The notes under the pieces were generated by a model, which did no database searches, had not been told where the DNA came from, and saw only the letters and a list, made by a program, of their open reading frames with translations. Position numbers and translations under genes: made by a program. Shown piece by piece: positions 1 to 17,063 of a DNA stretch of 64,000 nucleotides. Source of the DNA: Utricularia gibba (lineage: Eukaryota > Plantae > Magnoliophyta); NCBI GenBank assembly GCA_002189035.1, contig CM007991.1:310001-374000 (forward strand), in the 5' to 3' direction. The first letter of the stretch is position 1. Every line of letters begins with the position of its first letter.

Positions 1-29
1 GGAAACGAAAAGAAGAGCACCCGCCGGCG

Positions 30-1969
30 ATGGATACCGTTAATTCCTTCAAAGGCTACGACCGAGTATCAGAAGAAGCAGCTTCCAAAAGAAAGGCTCG
101 CAACCGCAAAATCATCATCTCCGTTTCCTTGCTCGTGCTCCTAGCGCTACTCATCGCTGTCGTCGCTGGGACATTGTCCAACAGAAGAACCAGTGGCGGT
201 TCCGGTGGAGTCGCCTCCTCGGCCGTTAGATCTATTTGCGGCGTTACCCAGTATAGAGATCGTGTGTGGCGAGCTTGAGCCCTTCTAATTCCTCCGATCC
301 TGAGAGAATTTTTCAGTATTCTCTGTCTGTGTTGATGGGTTCTCTGGAAAAGCTCTCCACTTTTCCACGGGAGTACAATAGCAGACACGGCGACGCGGTA
401 ATGGTGAGAGACGCGTTGGGTGTCTGCGAAACCTGCTGCACCACTCAATCGACACGTTAAACGACACCGTGTCCACCATGGATGTCAGGGATGGAGAAAA
501 TCTGCTTTCGTCTGAGAGAATTGAAGATATGAAAACATGGCTGAGCACGGTCATTACAGATCAGCAAACTTGCCTCGATGCGCTTGAGGAAGTCAACGTC
601 ACTTTCGTAGATGAAATCAAGCAACTGACGAGGAACGCTACTGAATTTACTAGCAACAGCTTGGCCATTATTTCAAGAATTGTTGGAGTTCTCGCTGATT
701 TCAAGATCCCGATTCATCGACGGCGGTTGTTGGATTCCACCGATGGGTATCCTTATTGGGTCTCCGCTGGGGATCGGCGTCTTCTCCAAGCTACAGGGCC
801 GACGCCAAATATCACGGTGGCGCAGGACGGCACCGGGGATTTGGCCACCATTGGTGCCGCCGTGCAGATGATCCCCAAGAAGAGCGCCACCCGATTTGTA
901 ATTTATGTGAAGGCCGGTAAGTATGTGGAAAATGTGCAATTGCCCAAGAATCTGTGGAACGTTATGATTTACGGTGACGGCAGCGACAGCACCATCATTT
1001 CCGGCAGCCTGAACTTCGTCGACGGCACCCCGACATTCCAAACGGCGACTGTAGGTAATGACATTTTTATCCCTTTTTTCTTTGGAGCGATAACATTTTC
1101 TTGTTTCACTATAAAAAAACAAATACCAAATTTGGAACATTTTTTTGCTATGGTTTCAATTTGCCATGTGACTCCGTTTATTGCGGAGGGCCCACAATGA
1201 CATTTCATCATTCCGAAGTGGAAAAGGTCATGTGGCTGGGGCCCACCTGAATGATCAATGGCGCTGATTAGGGTTCTTTTTTTCTTCAACAGCTGTTACC
1301 GGTCAATTATTCATAGCCCGGGACATCGGAATCAGGAACACCGCCGGAGCAGCAAAGCACCAAGCAGTGGCGTTCCGGTCAGGCTCCGATCGATCAGTTT
1401 ACTACCGGTGTTCCTTCGACGGCTTCCAAGACACGCTCTACGCCCACTCCAACCGTCAGTTCTATCGCGAATGCACCATCACGGGCACAATCGACTTCAT
1501 CTTCGGAAACTCCGCCGTCGTCTTTCAGAACTGCAACATCCTCCCCCGTCAGCCGCTGGCCAATCAATTCAACACGATCACGGCGCAGGGGAAGACGGAT
1601 CCCAATCAGAACACCGGCATCTCGATCCAACGGTGCGTGGTGAACGGGTTAGACAACGTGACCGCGCCCACTTATTTGGGTCGGCCTTGGAAGAACTACG
1701 CCGCCACGGTCGTCATGCAGTCGAATTTGGGCGGAGGGGTGAACCCGTTGGGCTGGACGCCTTGGGTCTCCGGCGTGGTTCCACCGAGTACCATCTTCTA
1801 TGGCGAGTATCAAAACACTGGGCCCGGATCCAATACGAATAATCGGGTACAGTGGGCCGGGGTCCACAGCAGCCTCACCCCAGCACAGGCCTCCCAGTTC
1901 ACCGTGGCGAACTTCATTCAGGGCTCCACCTGGCTGGGAGCCACCGGCGTGGCCTTCGACTCAACTTAA
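30..1969 (+). CDS. PME1: Type I pectin methylesterase with N-terminal TM anchor and PMEI pro-domain; 2 exons (30-1054, 1293-1969); two apparent 1-bp deletions at ~260 and ~432
   Basis: MDTVNSFKGY start, TM segment, PMEI motifs (KTWLSTVITDQQTCLD), basic processing motifs RRRLL and RRLL, catalytic motifs QAVA, QDTLY, DFIFG, YLGRPWK. GT at 1055 and AG at 1291-1292 join ATVA/VTGQ in frame. Closely resembles Arabidopsis PME1 as recalled. Confidence 0.92.
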
Positions 1970-2505
1970 GGATGAATGATGATGCTTGTATACTATTATT
2001 GTGAAACATGAAGCTCTTCTATGGTGTGAGGTTGTACCAACATTTTACAAGGCCAATTGACAACAAATGCGTTTGAGGGTGTTTAGTGGAAGATATTAAA
2101 TATGAAAAAATGTTAATAGATATATCAAAATATATTAACAATTCGTTTGATAATAAAATATTCATATATTTAAATATAATGTAATTAAGTATATATATAT
2201 ATATTCAATTATAATATATATAACAAATTATGTATATTTAAAAATAAAGGTCTAAGATCCACCTAATTGGTATAAATTCATATTGTGCGGGACGGAGTTT
2301 CGCATCGGGTTGAAGGAGATGCGCAATAAGCGTGTTTTTTTTTTTTTTTACGCGCGCAAGTCGGAGGTCCTCTCTGTCGACGCCAGAGCCAACAACTGCA
2401 CACGTCATCTTCACCTTCAGTTTGTTCTCTGGTATCGACTTCTTGACCGTCATTCCCCAGGATCTTCGAAAACGATTTCCATCTCGCGGTTCTTTCTTTC
2501 AAACC

Positions 2506-5382
<2,877 letters not shown>

Positions 5383-5773
5383 TCCCAATCCTTAACCACA
5401 TCCTGTACTTTGGGTCGTATGTAGCCTAAAGAGTTCCGAATCTTTATCAAAACGTTTCCGTTATGCTACAACCTTTAAACCTTCTGAATGATATAAGAAA
5501 TTTCTTATCTCGTATCCAACAGGTCCTTTGAATTCTGTTGCAATTTGTGCTAGTTGAATCCAATGCAGCATTGTGAGTCTATGGTTTGGATATGCTCCTT
5601 CGCCAAGATGCAACAAAATATGCATAGAATGGAAAATCAAGTGCAACCCAGCAACACAGACTCTTTCTGTCTCGTAGCCAGCCAAGCTACAAGAAAATAA
5701 AGCTAGTATTCGCATATTGAAGATGATAAATGTGACAAACTTGGATCAACAGAAGAGTAATCAGCAGTCTCTT

Positions 5774-7504
5774 TCATAGGCGGGTGATGACTTCTTCCAC
5801 TTCGGCTGTGGAATAGAGGTGATAGGTCGGAGCCACCTTGGCGATGTCAACATTGCTGGGAGTGACCTGGCATTGAGACAAAACAAACAGATTTGCACCC
5901 ACGCCAGCACAAACAGCCTGAGACTCTTATCGTAGAGAAGTACCTTTTCCTCCATAACTTGCTTCAGGATGGAGAGAGCAATGGTTTCAGCTTCTTTGAG
6001 AGTCAGCTCCTGCAACCAGACCACACAGACATCGAATGAATGATGAGCACACACGATGTTGGTAAAGCCGACAAGAAGGGGGAAGACCACATTCAAATTT
6101 TGCTGACTTTGAGACGCTAAGTCTTCTCTAGCCTCAACTCCGAGTGTTGTATGAGAAGGGAGGGGTCATAATGAAATAGCCCAAGTTGATAAGCAAGTAA
6201 ATGTATAGGCACGTATAACGCGGTCTTGTGCTACAAGGGACACTGGTTTACTTTCATATGAGAAAGCTGAATACCGCATCTGTATACCTTTTTATGTTAG
6301 CATTAGAAGATGTAGATAGATACCTTGGTGTACTGCTCTTGCAAAGAGCTGTCAGCACCCTCAGAACCAGATCCAATAGCCTTTGCATTGCATTGCCAGA
6401 AAGTTCCCGATGGATCAGTGTAATACCTGTCCATTACACATCCACCATTGCATCGACAATAATCAAAGTAAAAATTCACAAGAACTTCAACAAAAACTAA
6501 TGCGTACAAGCTTGGACCATTCTCGTCATGACCAGCAATGAGTAGTGACACACCAAATGGCCTCGACTGCATTAGCAAAACTTAGAGAAAGTGATGCAAT
6601 TTCACGAGCTAGATGGTTGATTTTTAATTCCACAGGAATACAGTATAAGCAAGTGGTACATAGTAGCAAAATGAATATAATGTATGGCTCTGAGGCCATG
6701 GTACAAACCATTGACTCTTCGTCCCCTTCACCAAATCGCAAGGCAAGATCGCAGAGTGCTTGAGTAGTGGATTCAACTGTCATAGGCTCGCCATAGGAAT
6801 TCTTATGATTCTAAAAAGTTGCAAAATTTCTATATCATTGTCTGTGGAAACGACCTGATGAGACGGTACTAAGAATATCAGAAGTATACAGATGCTTACC
6901 TGCGTCTCAACCCTTGCATGCTCAACCAGAGTACGGGCATCAGCAATTAGGCCACTCATGGCACATCCAATGTGTTCATCAATTTCCATGATCTTCTCAA
7001 CGCTGCTAGGTTCCTGTAGCATTTAGAAGTATAATTGTAAAAAACCAGCCCATATACTGGAAAAAGCACAACGTAAATTATTGGACGAGAAATTGAAAAG
7101 GTCAGTCGTCTTAAAGACAGAAATGAAACAAACAGAAGCTGGAGTAGATGGAAAAGATACCAGAAGAGGAGAAGTAATGCGCTTTTCAACTGCAAGTACC
7201 ACTCCCTCCTTAGTTTTTATCCCAATTGCAGTAGAACCCAACTGGAAAAAAGGCCATAAGATCACTCGGAGAAAAAGAATAAAGTACATACCATGAGATA
7301 ACCACAGACATGCGAGGAAGAAAATCAGCAACCTTAATAGCCTCGATGGCGTACTCGACTTGAAAAAGTCGGCCTTCGGAGAGAAAGTATTGACTCCTCT
7401 ATCATACTCGGTCCTTACAAACAAAATCGCTCACATTGTCAATGGAAATGGGAAGCAAAAAGATTTCGAGACCCCTAAGAATTCAACTACCTCGTGAGGA
7501 ACAT
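5774..7504 (-). CDS. PAE: 20S proteasome subunit alpha type-5, 9 exons; apparent 1-bp deletion at 7377
   Basis: [16 protein letters not shown]([16 protein letters not shown] once one G is restored), [42 protein letters not shown], ending EVITRL-TGA. Confidence 0.95.
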
Positions 7505-7783
7505 TTTCGATCTCCGCAATTGAAATCGTAACTGCCTGCTGAGTAAAAACACAAAATCGAATCAGGGTTCATACAACCAAACTATCACAACAGATGAAAG
7601 CTTAAAATTCAAGAAACGAATGCAGTGTATAAGCGTAAACAAGTCGATTCCGACAAACCTCAAAGTCCGGCGTTGATGAACAAGGAATGGCGCTTCTAGG
7701 TATATGTTTCCACAGGTACGCCGTCTTGTTGAGCAAGGCAGCTAACGGAGAATGGAAGAATTTCCTTCCCCTTGAAGGTTCCG

Positions 7784-7861
7784 TGGGCTGGGCTTTTGCC
7801 CCAACAAGCTTCTTTAGCGGGCCCTTAAACCATAAAAGCCCATGCACAAATTAAAAGCCCA
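7784..7861. promoter_or_regulatory. Cluster of site II elements (TGGGCY/RGCCCA) upstream of PAE
   Basis: TGGGCT at 7784 and 7789, AGCCCA at 7837 and 7856, about 280-360 nt upstream of the ATG. Site II elements are common in proteasome and ribosome gene promoters. Confidence 0.6.
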
Positions 7862-8517
7862 TCTCTTACAAATATGATATATTATCAAGAAATTGCTACA
7901 AAAATAATAATTTGTATTCATTGATGGCAAAAATAACTAGAACTACCTAAATTTAAGTACAAAATTTAAATGATATATATATTATATATATTTTTAAAAT
8001 ATTAAATAGATAAACGATTTATTCATAACAATTCAAATCATCATGTATAGTGATGCATATTATCCGTAATTATTAACAAGTCATAAATTTCAATTTTTCA
8101 AAATTTTTAATGATAGAATATTCAAATTATTAGAATGAATTGGTATTTCATTAATTAAAAAGTCATTAAAAACATAAAATTTCAATTTAATTTGCCACTG
8201 CTTTAGAGTGCCCATAATTGAAATACACACATTTATTTAAAAAATGATCAATTCCTATTATATATTTTCAGATGTCACCAAAATTTTCGTTAACGTTTAA
8301 CTACACTTGTAAGTTTTCATCTATACAAAATTATTAACTCATGTGTCACATAAAATTAGAGTTTGATAAAAAAAAAAAAAGAACAAAATACATCAAAGTT
8401 ATGTATAAATAATTATTTTGCAATGGAAAAAAATAAACTTTATGCTTGAAACAACCATAAAAGAAATTCTATCAGGGCAAAGTTCTTTCATCAAACAATA
8501 GCATGGCATCTTGTCTT

Positions 8518-11500
8518 CTACTCATCAGATTGTGGGTTTTGGAAGTTGTTATCAACAGGCTCTGAGGGTTTTGGGATGGGAGCCAAAGCAGGAGCAGGAG
8601 ACCATTGGTCTGGAACCACTAGAAAATAGGTAGCCATAGCTTTTCGAAATCTCTTCTTGTATTGTTTGGGAGATATCACTGTGGGGGTAGTGTTTTTTGA
8701 GCCTCCAAGGATCCCTGATGCCTTAACCCAAGTTTCAAGATGTTTGTCCCATGTGTATTGCCTCATGAAGTCAATGATACCAAGAACAAGCTCATGCTTC
8801 CCTTCATCTAATCCAACTAGTAATGAGTAGTCCATAACATCTATTGACTGCATCAAATATGTTCAGGATATAGTAGTTGATAGTTATAAAATTCCATGAC
8901 GATCATATGATAATGTACAAACTTACATCAAGAAAAGCGGTGTCATTCCATATAGCTCTCTCTAGCAGTTTTTTGGCTTTGTTCCCAACAAATATTGGGG
9001 AAGTTGGCATTGCTTCAATTAAGTTTTGATCTAGCAAAACCTTGTTACTTCCAGAAGTATCAGGATTAAATCTTGATCTTGTAGATCCCTTTAGATCATA
9101 CAGCCTGGTCACATTTCTCCCAAATAGAAGATTCTCCATGACAAGCAAGTCCATTTTTGTTTCTTTTCCACCTTTTACTTGTTTGGATGCGACCTTCGCA
9201 ATAGACATCATAAGGCATTTAAGTTAATGTAATCTAGAGACAAATATCATGTGGGATCACATTACCAAATGCAAGAGAATGGAGAGATTTATTTACTTGA
9301 TAGATGCCAAGGATTTTTGCCAAACATGTTGGGTTTCCTGAACTTTTCAGATCACTAAGATGCTTGAAATATGAAGGGGCAAACTTGATGAACGATTCAA
9401 GCTCAGTCTTTGTCACTTGCTTGATGATAAATCGATCATCAAGAGTTTTTGCAAAGAACACATTGCTTTTACCACCTTGAGCTCCCCACTTCTTACATCG
9501 GCTGACAGATCTAACATAGTTTATCTCGTTTGAACAACAACTGTCACGTAGTGCTTTAAAAGACTTGGCATAGTAACATCTACAAGTATATTTGACCTTT
9601 CCTAAATATCCATCAATAACAAAACTCACTGTAACATGTGATGTTTTTGGATACAAGAGTGGATCAGAAGGTAAGGATGCATGAGTGCTAAATGAGGATT
9701 TCAAAATTTCATCTATTGAACCGAGGCTCTTGTAAGATTCTAACATCTTTTCACCTATAGAGTTGAAAGATTGCAAGGCTCCAGGATCAAGTGATTGCAT
9801 GCGATCTATAAACTCAAGTGTGTCTTTAGATTGTTCATGCTCATCAACCACTTGGGAGAGATATTCTGAGGAAATTAGTGTATATGATATCACACTCGTA
9901 GGCTCATCTTCATAAACTGGAATAACAATATCATTGATTCCAGTAGGTAGAAGAAAACATCCTACACCTCGGGGCTCACACTTCCGATATGATGATATAT
10001 ATTCTGGATCATACTGAGAGATTGTATTCAATTTATATTGAGCCTCTAAAAGGCTTTTATAAGATCGATAGAAACTCAAAAAAGACATTTCTATCCAATT
10101 TGTAGGCTCACTTAAATAATCACCACTTTTTGTAAAGATTGAAGAGGGTGACTGTGTCTTAGGAACAATAGAATCCTCTTTGCAATCTTCCACTTGTAAT
10201 AACCTATTTCCAACTATGGAGGTAGTGTATTCATCAATAGGTTTTGGTATATTGGTATCTTGGATATTATTCAACCCTGATTGACTCTCACCGATCCATA
10301 CTGCATTGAGGGAATCTGATAAACAAATTGGTGCTTGACCATCAGAAAGGGCTCTACGAACCTTAATCTCGGATACTAGGGGATCTAACTCATTTTCAAC
10401 TTTCACTGAAGTTGATAATACTAGTGGAGATTGATTTCCATGTCTATACTTTGCATGTACATCATCCATTGTATGAACAATATTAGAGCCTTGTCTTGAT
10501 ATATTACTCAATTGACTATCAAGAATTCCAAGTTTTACATCTGTTATATTGGAGTTTGAAATTTCTCCAATCTTAATGTTGCTTGTTTTAGGGACAACTT
10601 CATTCTTTCCAAACTCTAAATCATCTTGAGCGCTGGCATCCACATTGGTTGCACACTTGATACGTTGATCCCAAATATAAGACTGAATGATAAGTTGTTG
10701 TCGAAGTTGATTTAGCTCAAGAATATCTATTGTAGACTGTTGCTTGTTCACAATCTTCTGAAGCTCAATCTGCCATACCTATGAAATGATTAGCATTGCC
10801 ACTACAAAAAACGTATCCAATGAGACATGCAATTCAATATGATTATAACTGATATTATGTAATTCCATTAAGGTAACAACTATTCAATAGTAATAAGATT
10901 AGCTAAGACCTCAAATTTTGACTTCTCATCTTGCAATACTCCCTTTAAGACTGTCAAATGACTTCGACAATTTAAATTGTTAATACTGTCACTGCAAATA
11001 TCCAAACTTGATTGTTTTTCCAAAAGTAGAAGTGAATTATGGACTTCAGAGAACAAATCTTCAGCTCTCCCAATTACCTACAAATCGACAAATAGAAAAA
11101 TCAAGACCATATTCATAAGCATACAAAAAGATGAGAAATTATACAAACACACTACCTCATTCAATTCATTTTCTATCAATCCCTTATTTTCATAGTTGAA
11201 ATCAAGTAGTGAAGGAGGTAGATACACTGAAAAAACATCAATTGATGCATAACGAAAGCAAGCAACCATTTTTCCATATCTGTGAATAAATAGAAATTAT
11301 TAAATAAGATATATGATGAGAAAAGAGAATAAGTGAAATACTTCATATACCCATAAAATCGAAGACAATCTCGATGCAAAGAATGACCACAACTTGCTAC
11401 TCTGCTAGCAGCAGCATGGTTTGAAAAACTTAGCTCCAAAAATTTTCCAAAGGATAAACCCCATGCAGCATCAGACATAATGATTCTTCTAGTTGCAGGA

Positions 11501-14500
11501 GGAAATCCATTAGCTCTAGGGCAATGCAAGCATCGATGCCACATCCAAATTTTACCTTCTCTTACTCCAGGTAAAAGAATTTCAGGAAGCCTTTTGACAG
11601 ATATTGTGAGGGTACCTTGTCGGTGAGTATAACATTGAACATGAGCTTCTGGTGGCATTTCACATGAGTTACATGTGTAATTCTGCTATGAAATTTAGTT
11701 ATATCTAGTCAAGATTGGAGAGAGTCTATACCACTTAAAAATACAAAGTTCATATGTAATTTTTTAAAGAAAAGAGTGACAATAAATCACCTGATCAAAT
11801 AAGTGATCACGTAGAAAACGACCTAATGGTCTGTCATTATTATCATAATATTTGATACGAAAGATGTGTGATCTCTGACAAATAGTTCCCTTCCATACAC
11901 ATCTTGATGACATGGAAACTAAGATGCTTTGATTGTCAGCAGGGGAAGGTAAGAATTCTTCATTAAATACATGTTGATCAATAACTACTTGCTTTGGGTC
12001 ATGTGGTTCAAGCCAAGAATCTGAATCAATTTTTCTATCTTCATGATCAAAATATCTGAAATGTAAATTTTTTGCACCTTGAATGTGGCTTACTGCAACT
12101 TCATTAGATTTAAGGTGATCTTCATCTAAAGACAATTGATGACCATTATATTTCAAAAAAGGATGTTTTTCCTTTATGGATGATCTTTTAGAAACTTCAG
12201 CACCTGGTGAGATGATATCTGAATGACGAGTCTTGATTGAGTCATCAACATTATTCTTAGTGCATGAATCAATAGACAAAGAAGGTTCATGAGTTTCTCG
12301 ACTTGATGAGAGTGTAAAATCCGGTAGAATCGAGATGGATTGGTGGATTGCAGACAACTTTTCTGGTATTGTCACAGTGATTGGAGAATTCAAAGACAAC
12401 TCAGATACAGAGGCACCTTCATCTGCAAGGAAACAAGTTTCTAGAGCCAAGTGATAAGCTGCAAAAATTCCATATAGAATAACATGTTTTACTTTCTTCA
12501 ACTCATCAGTAGGAGCCCCTTTAAGTAACACCTGAAAAACACTAATACCATCTCAAATGAAAAATGAAGCAAGGAGATTTTTGCAAGCTACACATCTTGA
12601 AAATAAGACTTCAATGGTTTGATTATTCAAATAAGTCATCATTTAATTTGCAACATAGAAATCAAAGTGAAAATAATAGGCCCATCATCTCATAAGGTGG
12701 GAAATAAATTTTAATTCATTTCTTAATTTAAAGGTTATTATTTAATTCAAGCTCATTTGAGAGGTTTTGATAGGTTTACCGTGAAACTCAATGGCTTTGG
12801 ACAACCTTCAAAGAACATAAGCGGTGTCCCCATGACATGCCCAGTTTGAATAATGGCTCCATGATCTTCAAAAACTCTCTCAATGTGGAATAAGTCACAG
12901 GATCCTAACTTTGGAGATGATAAGTAATCAACAGAAGATACAATTTGAGCTCCTGTGCATCGTGAAATACGCTCCAAAATTGATCGTTTAACATTCAAAA
13001 CGAGTGATATATTTTTTGCATGAAGGTACTCTTGTGCACATCGAGAAACAGACTTTTCCACAAGAAGAATATCTGGATGATGTACACTGAGTTTTGTCAC
13101 AGCCATCTTGAGATGATCGATTTCCTGAAAAAAAAAAAAAGAGGATACATTCCCAAAAAATTTTCAACACATTGCACAAATTTGTTGAGAATCAAGATAT
13201 ATGAGATAATCATTTCAAGACAAAATAAAACTTTGACCATGTTAACATTAATAAGTATAACAACCAACCTGTTGTAACAAAGTGTCAATGCTTGAATAAG
13301 CAGAAGGGACTCTTTGGTATTCTAAAGCACCTCCAAGAATCATCAATTTAGGTCTTTCTATCTTTGATGGCATCTGTCTAAGAGCCACATTTTTCTTGCA
13401 AACAACTCCATTGACTATTATACTGTTGACATTTAGTTTCCAAATTCAACTAAAAGAAAAAAATAAATAATTCACAATATATGAGAATTAAAACCAAACC
13501 TATCACATCGATGTCCAGATGGTATACATTTCACCTTTACATAACCCACCGGATCCATTTGACCCCCTTTGCTTGTGTCTGGTTTTAATAGTGTTGCAGC
13601 CTCCCAACATAATGTGGTAATTATTTCCAACCAATTGTCACTATCATCTTCCTCGTTTACAAGAAGATTTTCCACTTGTAATAACTGAGCAATTAAAGCA
13701 CGAAAGTGACCATCTAGAGCATTCTTCATGACTATGTGTTGCTCTTCAACATATCTATTCTTTGTTCGATATTCCCCACTTTCAGAGTTTCTTAAAATTT
13801 GTAAGCATCCATATTCTTCAACATCATTACCTTCCTCTAACTTAAATGAAAGAGTATCTCTTTCTTCTTCTTCATCATCTGGTTCAGGAGGAATCCAAAG
13901 GACTCCATTGTTCTCAAAGTCCACTGGTTCAATATCAATACCTCTAGCCACATAGACTGAAGAAGGTGTCTCGGACTCCTCACCAATATCAATATCAATT
14001 CTATCTCCAGCCATGTTATTTGATATTTGACTACAAGAATTATTTGGAAGTAGTGGACTATCACTTTTTGAATCAATAGCATCTTCATCATTGTCAACTT
14101 GTAAATAATAGTCACTACAATTGACATCATCAAATAGACCATGATCAGAGCAGCCATTTTCTTGTGAAAAGTGACTTGTTACAGAACCAAAATGAGGTGT
14201 TTCAAACTCTTGATCATCAGTATCACTCCTACAACTGATAAAACATGTATTAGGTTGCACCATTTGGATATTGGCATATATGCATTGCATTGCAATCCTA
14301 TTACTTACTTGAGATATTATAAAAAAACATGGCATTATTATTTTTACAACTACTTTTGTTATAAATGTATTGTAAATTAATTATGATAATGTTGATATGA
14401 TTGTATTCAATGGAAGAACATCTTCTAACTATTCAAATTATCAACTAACTAAATAAGGTAAAACCTACAGTAAAGTTTAAGTGAATTTTCATGAAGAAAC

Positions 14501-15099
14501 CTGTTTGGGAGGAATTCATGTTCTTGTTGAAACCACGTTTGATCTCTTCCTTCAATAGAATGATTGTTGACATATAAGCCAAAATGACTTTGTTTATCTG
14601 CAAATGATTCTGTTATAGATGATTGGTTTGAACTAACTCCAATAGATATTGGGAGCAATGCACATGGATTGTCACTATTTCCACAAGTTATACTTGATCT
14701 AGTGCTCAAGAAACTAGCGACTGAGATTGAATTATTGCTGGCATCCATATCAATAGAATGGTTTCCATTCTCAAAATCTTCCATTGAACATTGTTCCCAC
14801 TGTTGAAAACAGTAGTTACATACTCTAACCTTATCCCAATCCTCATGAGTTGCTTTTGTTTCACCAAAGCATGCAGACACTGAATTTGATGTGCATTTAG
14901 CACAAAATATTTTGCCACAATGTCGACAATGATGTCTACGATTAAATAATGTGAACTGAGAATCACATTCATAGCATACCATGCAACTCTCATCTGGCAT
15001 CCAAAAATCCCTAGAAACATGTGTAGGCTCAGATCGCCAAGGAATCCATGACTTGAATAGACTCACAACATCAGAAAGTGTGTTATTCCTCTCATCCAT
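8518..15099 (-). CDS. FAB1: 1-phosphatidylinositol-3-phosphate 5-kinase FAB1A/B type (FYVE, Cpn60/CCT-like, PIPKc domains), ~11 exons; +1 frameshift at 13369-13371
   Basis: FYVE: WMPDESCMVCYECD..RRHHCRHCGKIFC. CCT-like: GVVCKKNVA, LLVEKSVSR. HRCLHC/CGHSLHRDCLRFYG. Kinase: WGAQGGKS, FIIKQV, DLKGS, MDYSLLVG, GIIDFMRQY. The start at MDERNN (15099) is chosen by similarity; the ORF is open from 15156. Confidence 0.93.
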
Positions 15100-17000
15100 T
15101 AACTCTACAATCTCTTTTTCACCTTTCACCCTCTCATCTCCATCCAAAACTAGCATCCATTTCTAACCCATTACCAACGAAAAAGAGTTGAGTAGAAGCA
15201 TGATGTCTAAATTGTATGTGAACTCAAGCCAACTTACCCTCAAACCAAAAGCTTATGTGTAGATAAAACTATAAATACCTTACATGAATTCCACATCTAT
15301 GCAGGTATTCATATGTACAAGATCACAAGAATCTCCTCATATTAATTCAAACTCCAATTCTTGTATATGCATGTGCACAAAAACTTGATCAGGAGACATA
15401 TCGTGTACAAAATCAAGCTGAAATCACAGATGGGTCATGTTTCCTCGTGCACATTCTAAAAGCCAAATGCCAAAAGAAAAGCTTTTGCTCAAAAGAGGCA
15501 ATGATAATTGTATCTGACAATCAATCACTGTTTGTGAATACACTATCTCTCACCACTGACCAATCAAACTACACATCCTCTGCTCCCAATACAACTTCAC
15601 GATGGAACTTCAGAAAATGGAAGCAACAAATCAATCAACATTAACCCTCAATACCCATTATCACAGAAAGTCTGATCCACAACATTCACTAGAGGTGCCA
15701 CGTGGGGTGAAGTCCCCTAAAGCAGGAAATGCATCTCTCTCTTTTCCTTTTCTTACCAAAAAAACTGGTTGGCTCAAGAATCCTCCTCGTATCGGATCCA
15801 TCAATTTAAAACTGCATGCGAAAACAATAAACAAAAAAATAATAATAAAATGCATTCACATAATCAAGAATAATATTTGTTTCCAAAATTAAAAAATATG
15901 TTAAATTAAAAAAAAACCCTTAGCGGTTTTTTTTTAACTTGGAAAATAATTAAATAAATAATATTGTGTTGTTTTGATTCGGTTTTCAGTTAACAATCGT
16001 AACTGTCCGCCGGAGCCTTGCATTGAACACAATTTACTTGTTATCAGAAAAAATGCCAGAATTCTCGTGAATTTGTAGTTCTGGGAATCAAGGTTCCCCG
16101 GATTGGGGAGCGATGCGTTCCTAATTTAATTTTGATTTCGGAATCAAAGGACGGGTTCCAGAAACCTAAACTCAAGGAATCGAATAAGAAAATAAATGAC
16201 CGATCTTTGAATGAGTTTGCAAAGAATGAATATTTGGATACGGCGAAGTATACGGAATTTGGGGAGGTCATTCGTTCTTGGTTGGGGAGAACGGGAAGTT
16301 GAATGTGTGGAGTTTTGACTCGGATGACGCGATAATTGCAAAAGCTCACTGCATTAATGCTGACATACGATTCTAGCAATAATGTAAGAGTAGTGTACTG
16401 ATTTTCTAGTTAATCAAGAAGGAAACTTTTAGTTTTTTTTGGAGGATTTCCGTTCTTTTTGTCTAAAAATTGCCTTTTGGATAGTTTTGATCCAGTGGGA
16501 ATAGATGGGATTTGTTTTTCTAAGATGAGTTGATAAAGATTCTTGAGAAACACGAATTTCTTTTCTTTTCTCTTTTCTTTTCTACGTTTGGATTTTTATT
16601 GGGTCGTCCTGGAATTAAAAGGGGGCGCAGGCATTAGGGTTTCCTTTTCATCTTCGCTCGTTGAATAAGGGTATACATCTGTTTCGGTCTGAAGCTGCGG
16701 TCTTTGTGATTTCTTCGTCTGGGTTTTTGGAGTTCTCAATCTCTCCGTCTGGGTCGGTGAGGTTTTCCCTTGCTTCCCTCAATCCCCTTTGATTTCCTTT
16801 TTTCCTGCCGATTTTGCCTTCTGTTGGGGTTTCTGTGCGTGGGGCTTTGTCTGAGATTAAAATTAATATTTCCTAATTATTATGATTTTTTATTTTTATT
16901 TTTCATTTTGTGTTGTAATGTGTGTTCTTTTGGATCAGATTCCAATTTCTGGGGTTTTTTTCTCCAGTTTTTTTGAGAAAGATTCTTGAATCCGTGGTTT

Positions 17001-17063
17001 ATGGAAGTGAAGCTTCATTCGCTTGACTCCGGTGGCCTGCGGACTGGCTACATTTGGAGATAA
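17001..17063 (+). other. 20-codon upstream ORF (MEVKLHSLDSGGLRTGYIWR) in the predicted ARID4 5' leader
   Basis: ATG at 17001, TAA at 17061-17063. It lies after a predicted leader intron (GTGAG ~16757, pyrimidine tract and CAG ~16967) and is the only ATG I see before the main start at 17140. Confidence 0.5.

Noticed and set aside
673-1842. Long alternative-frame and antisense ORFs over PME (likewise over LOX 45500-46370 and NHL 60300-60700)
   Set aside because: These are shadows of GC-rich coding sequence with no independent motifs.
7870-8460. AT-rich spacers (also 22350-23120, 42240-42840, 55780-56370, 61000-61580) as MITEs or Helitrons
   Set aside because: I could not pair terminal inverted repeats, find TSDs, or find second copies within the window.
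8518-15099. FAB1 as a horizontally acquired or transposed insert because of its low GC
   Set aside because: It has a normal plant intron pattern and sits next to PAE, the neighbour I recall for Arabidopsis FAB1B. No TIRs or target-site duplications seen.
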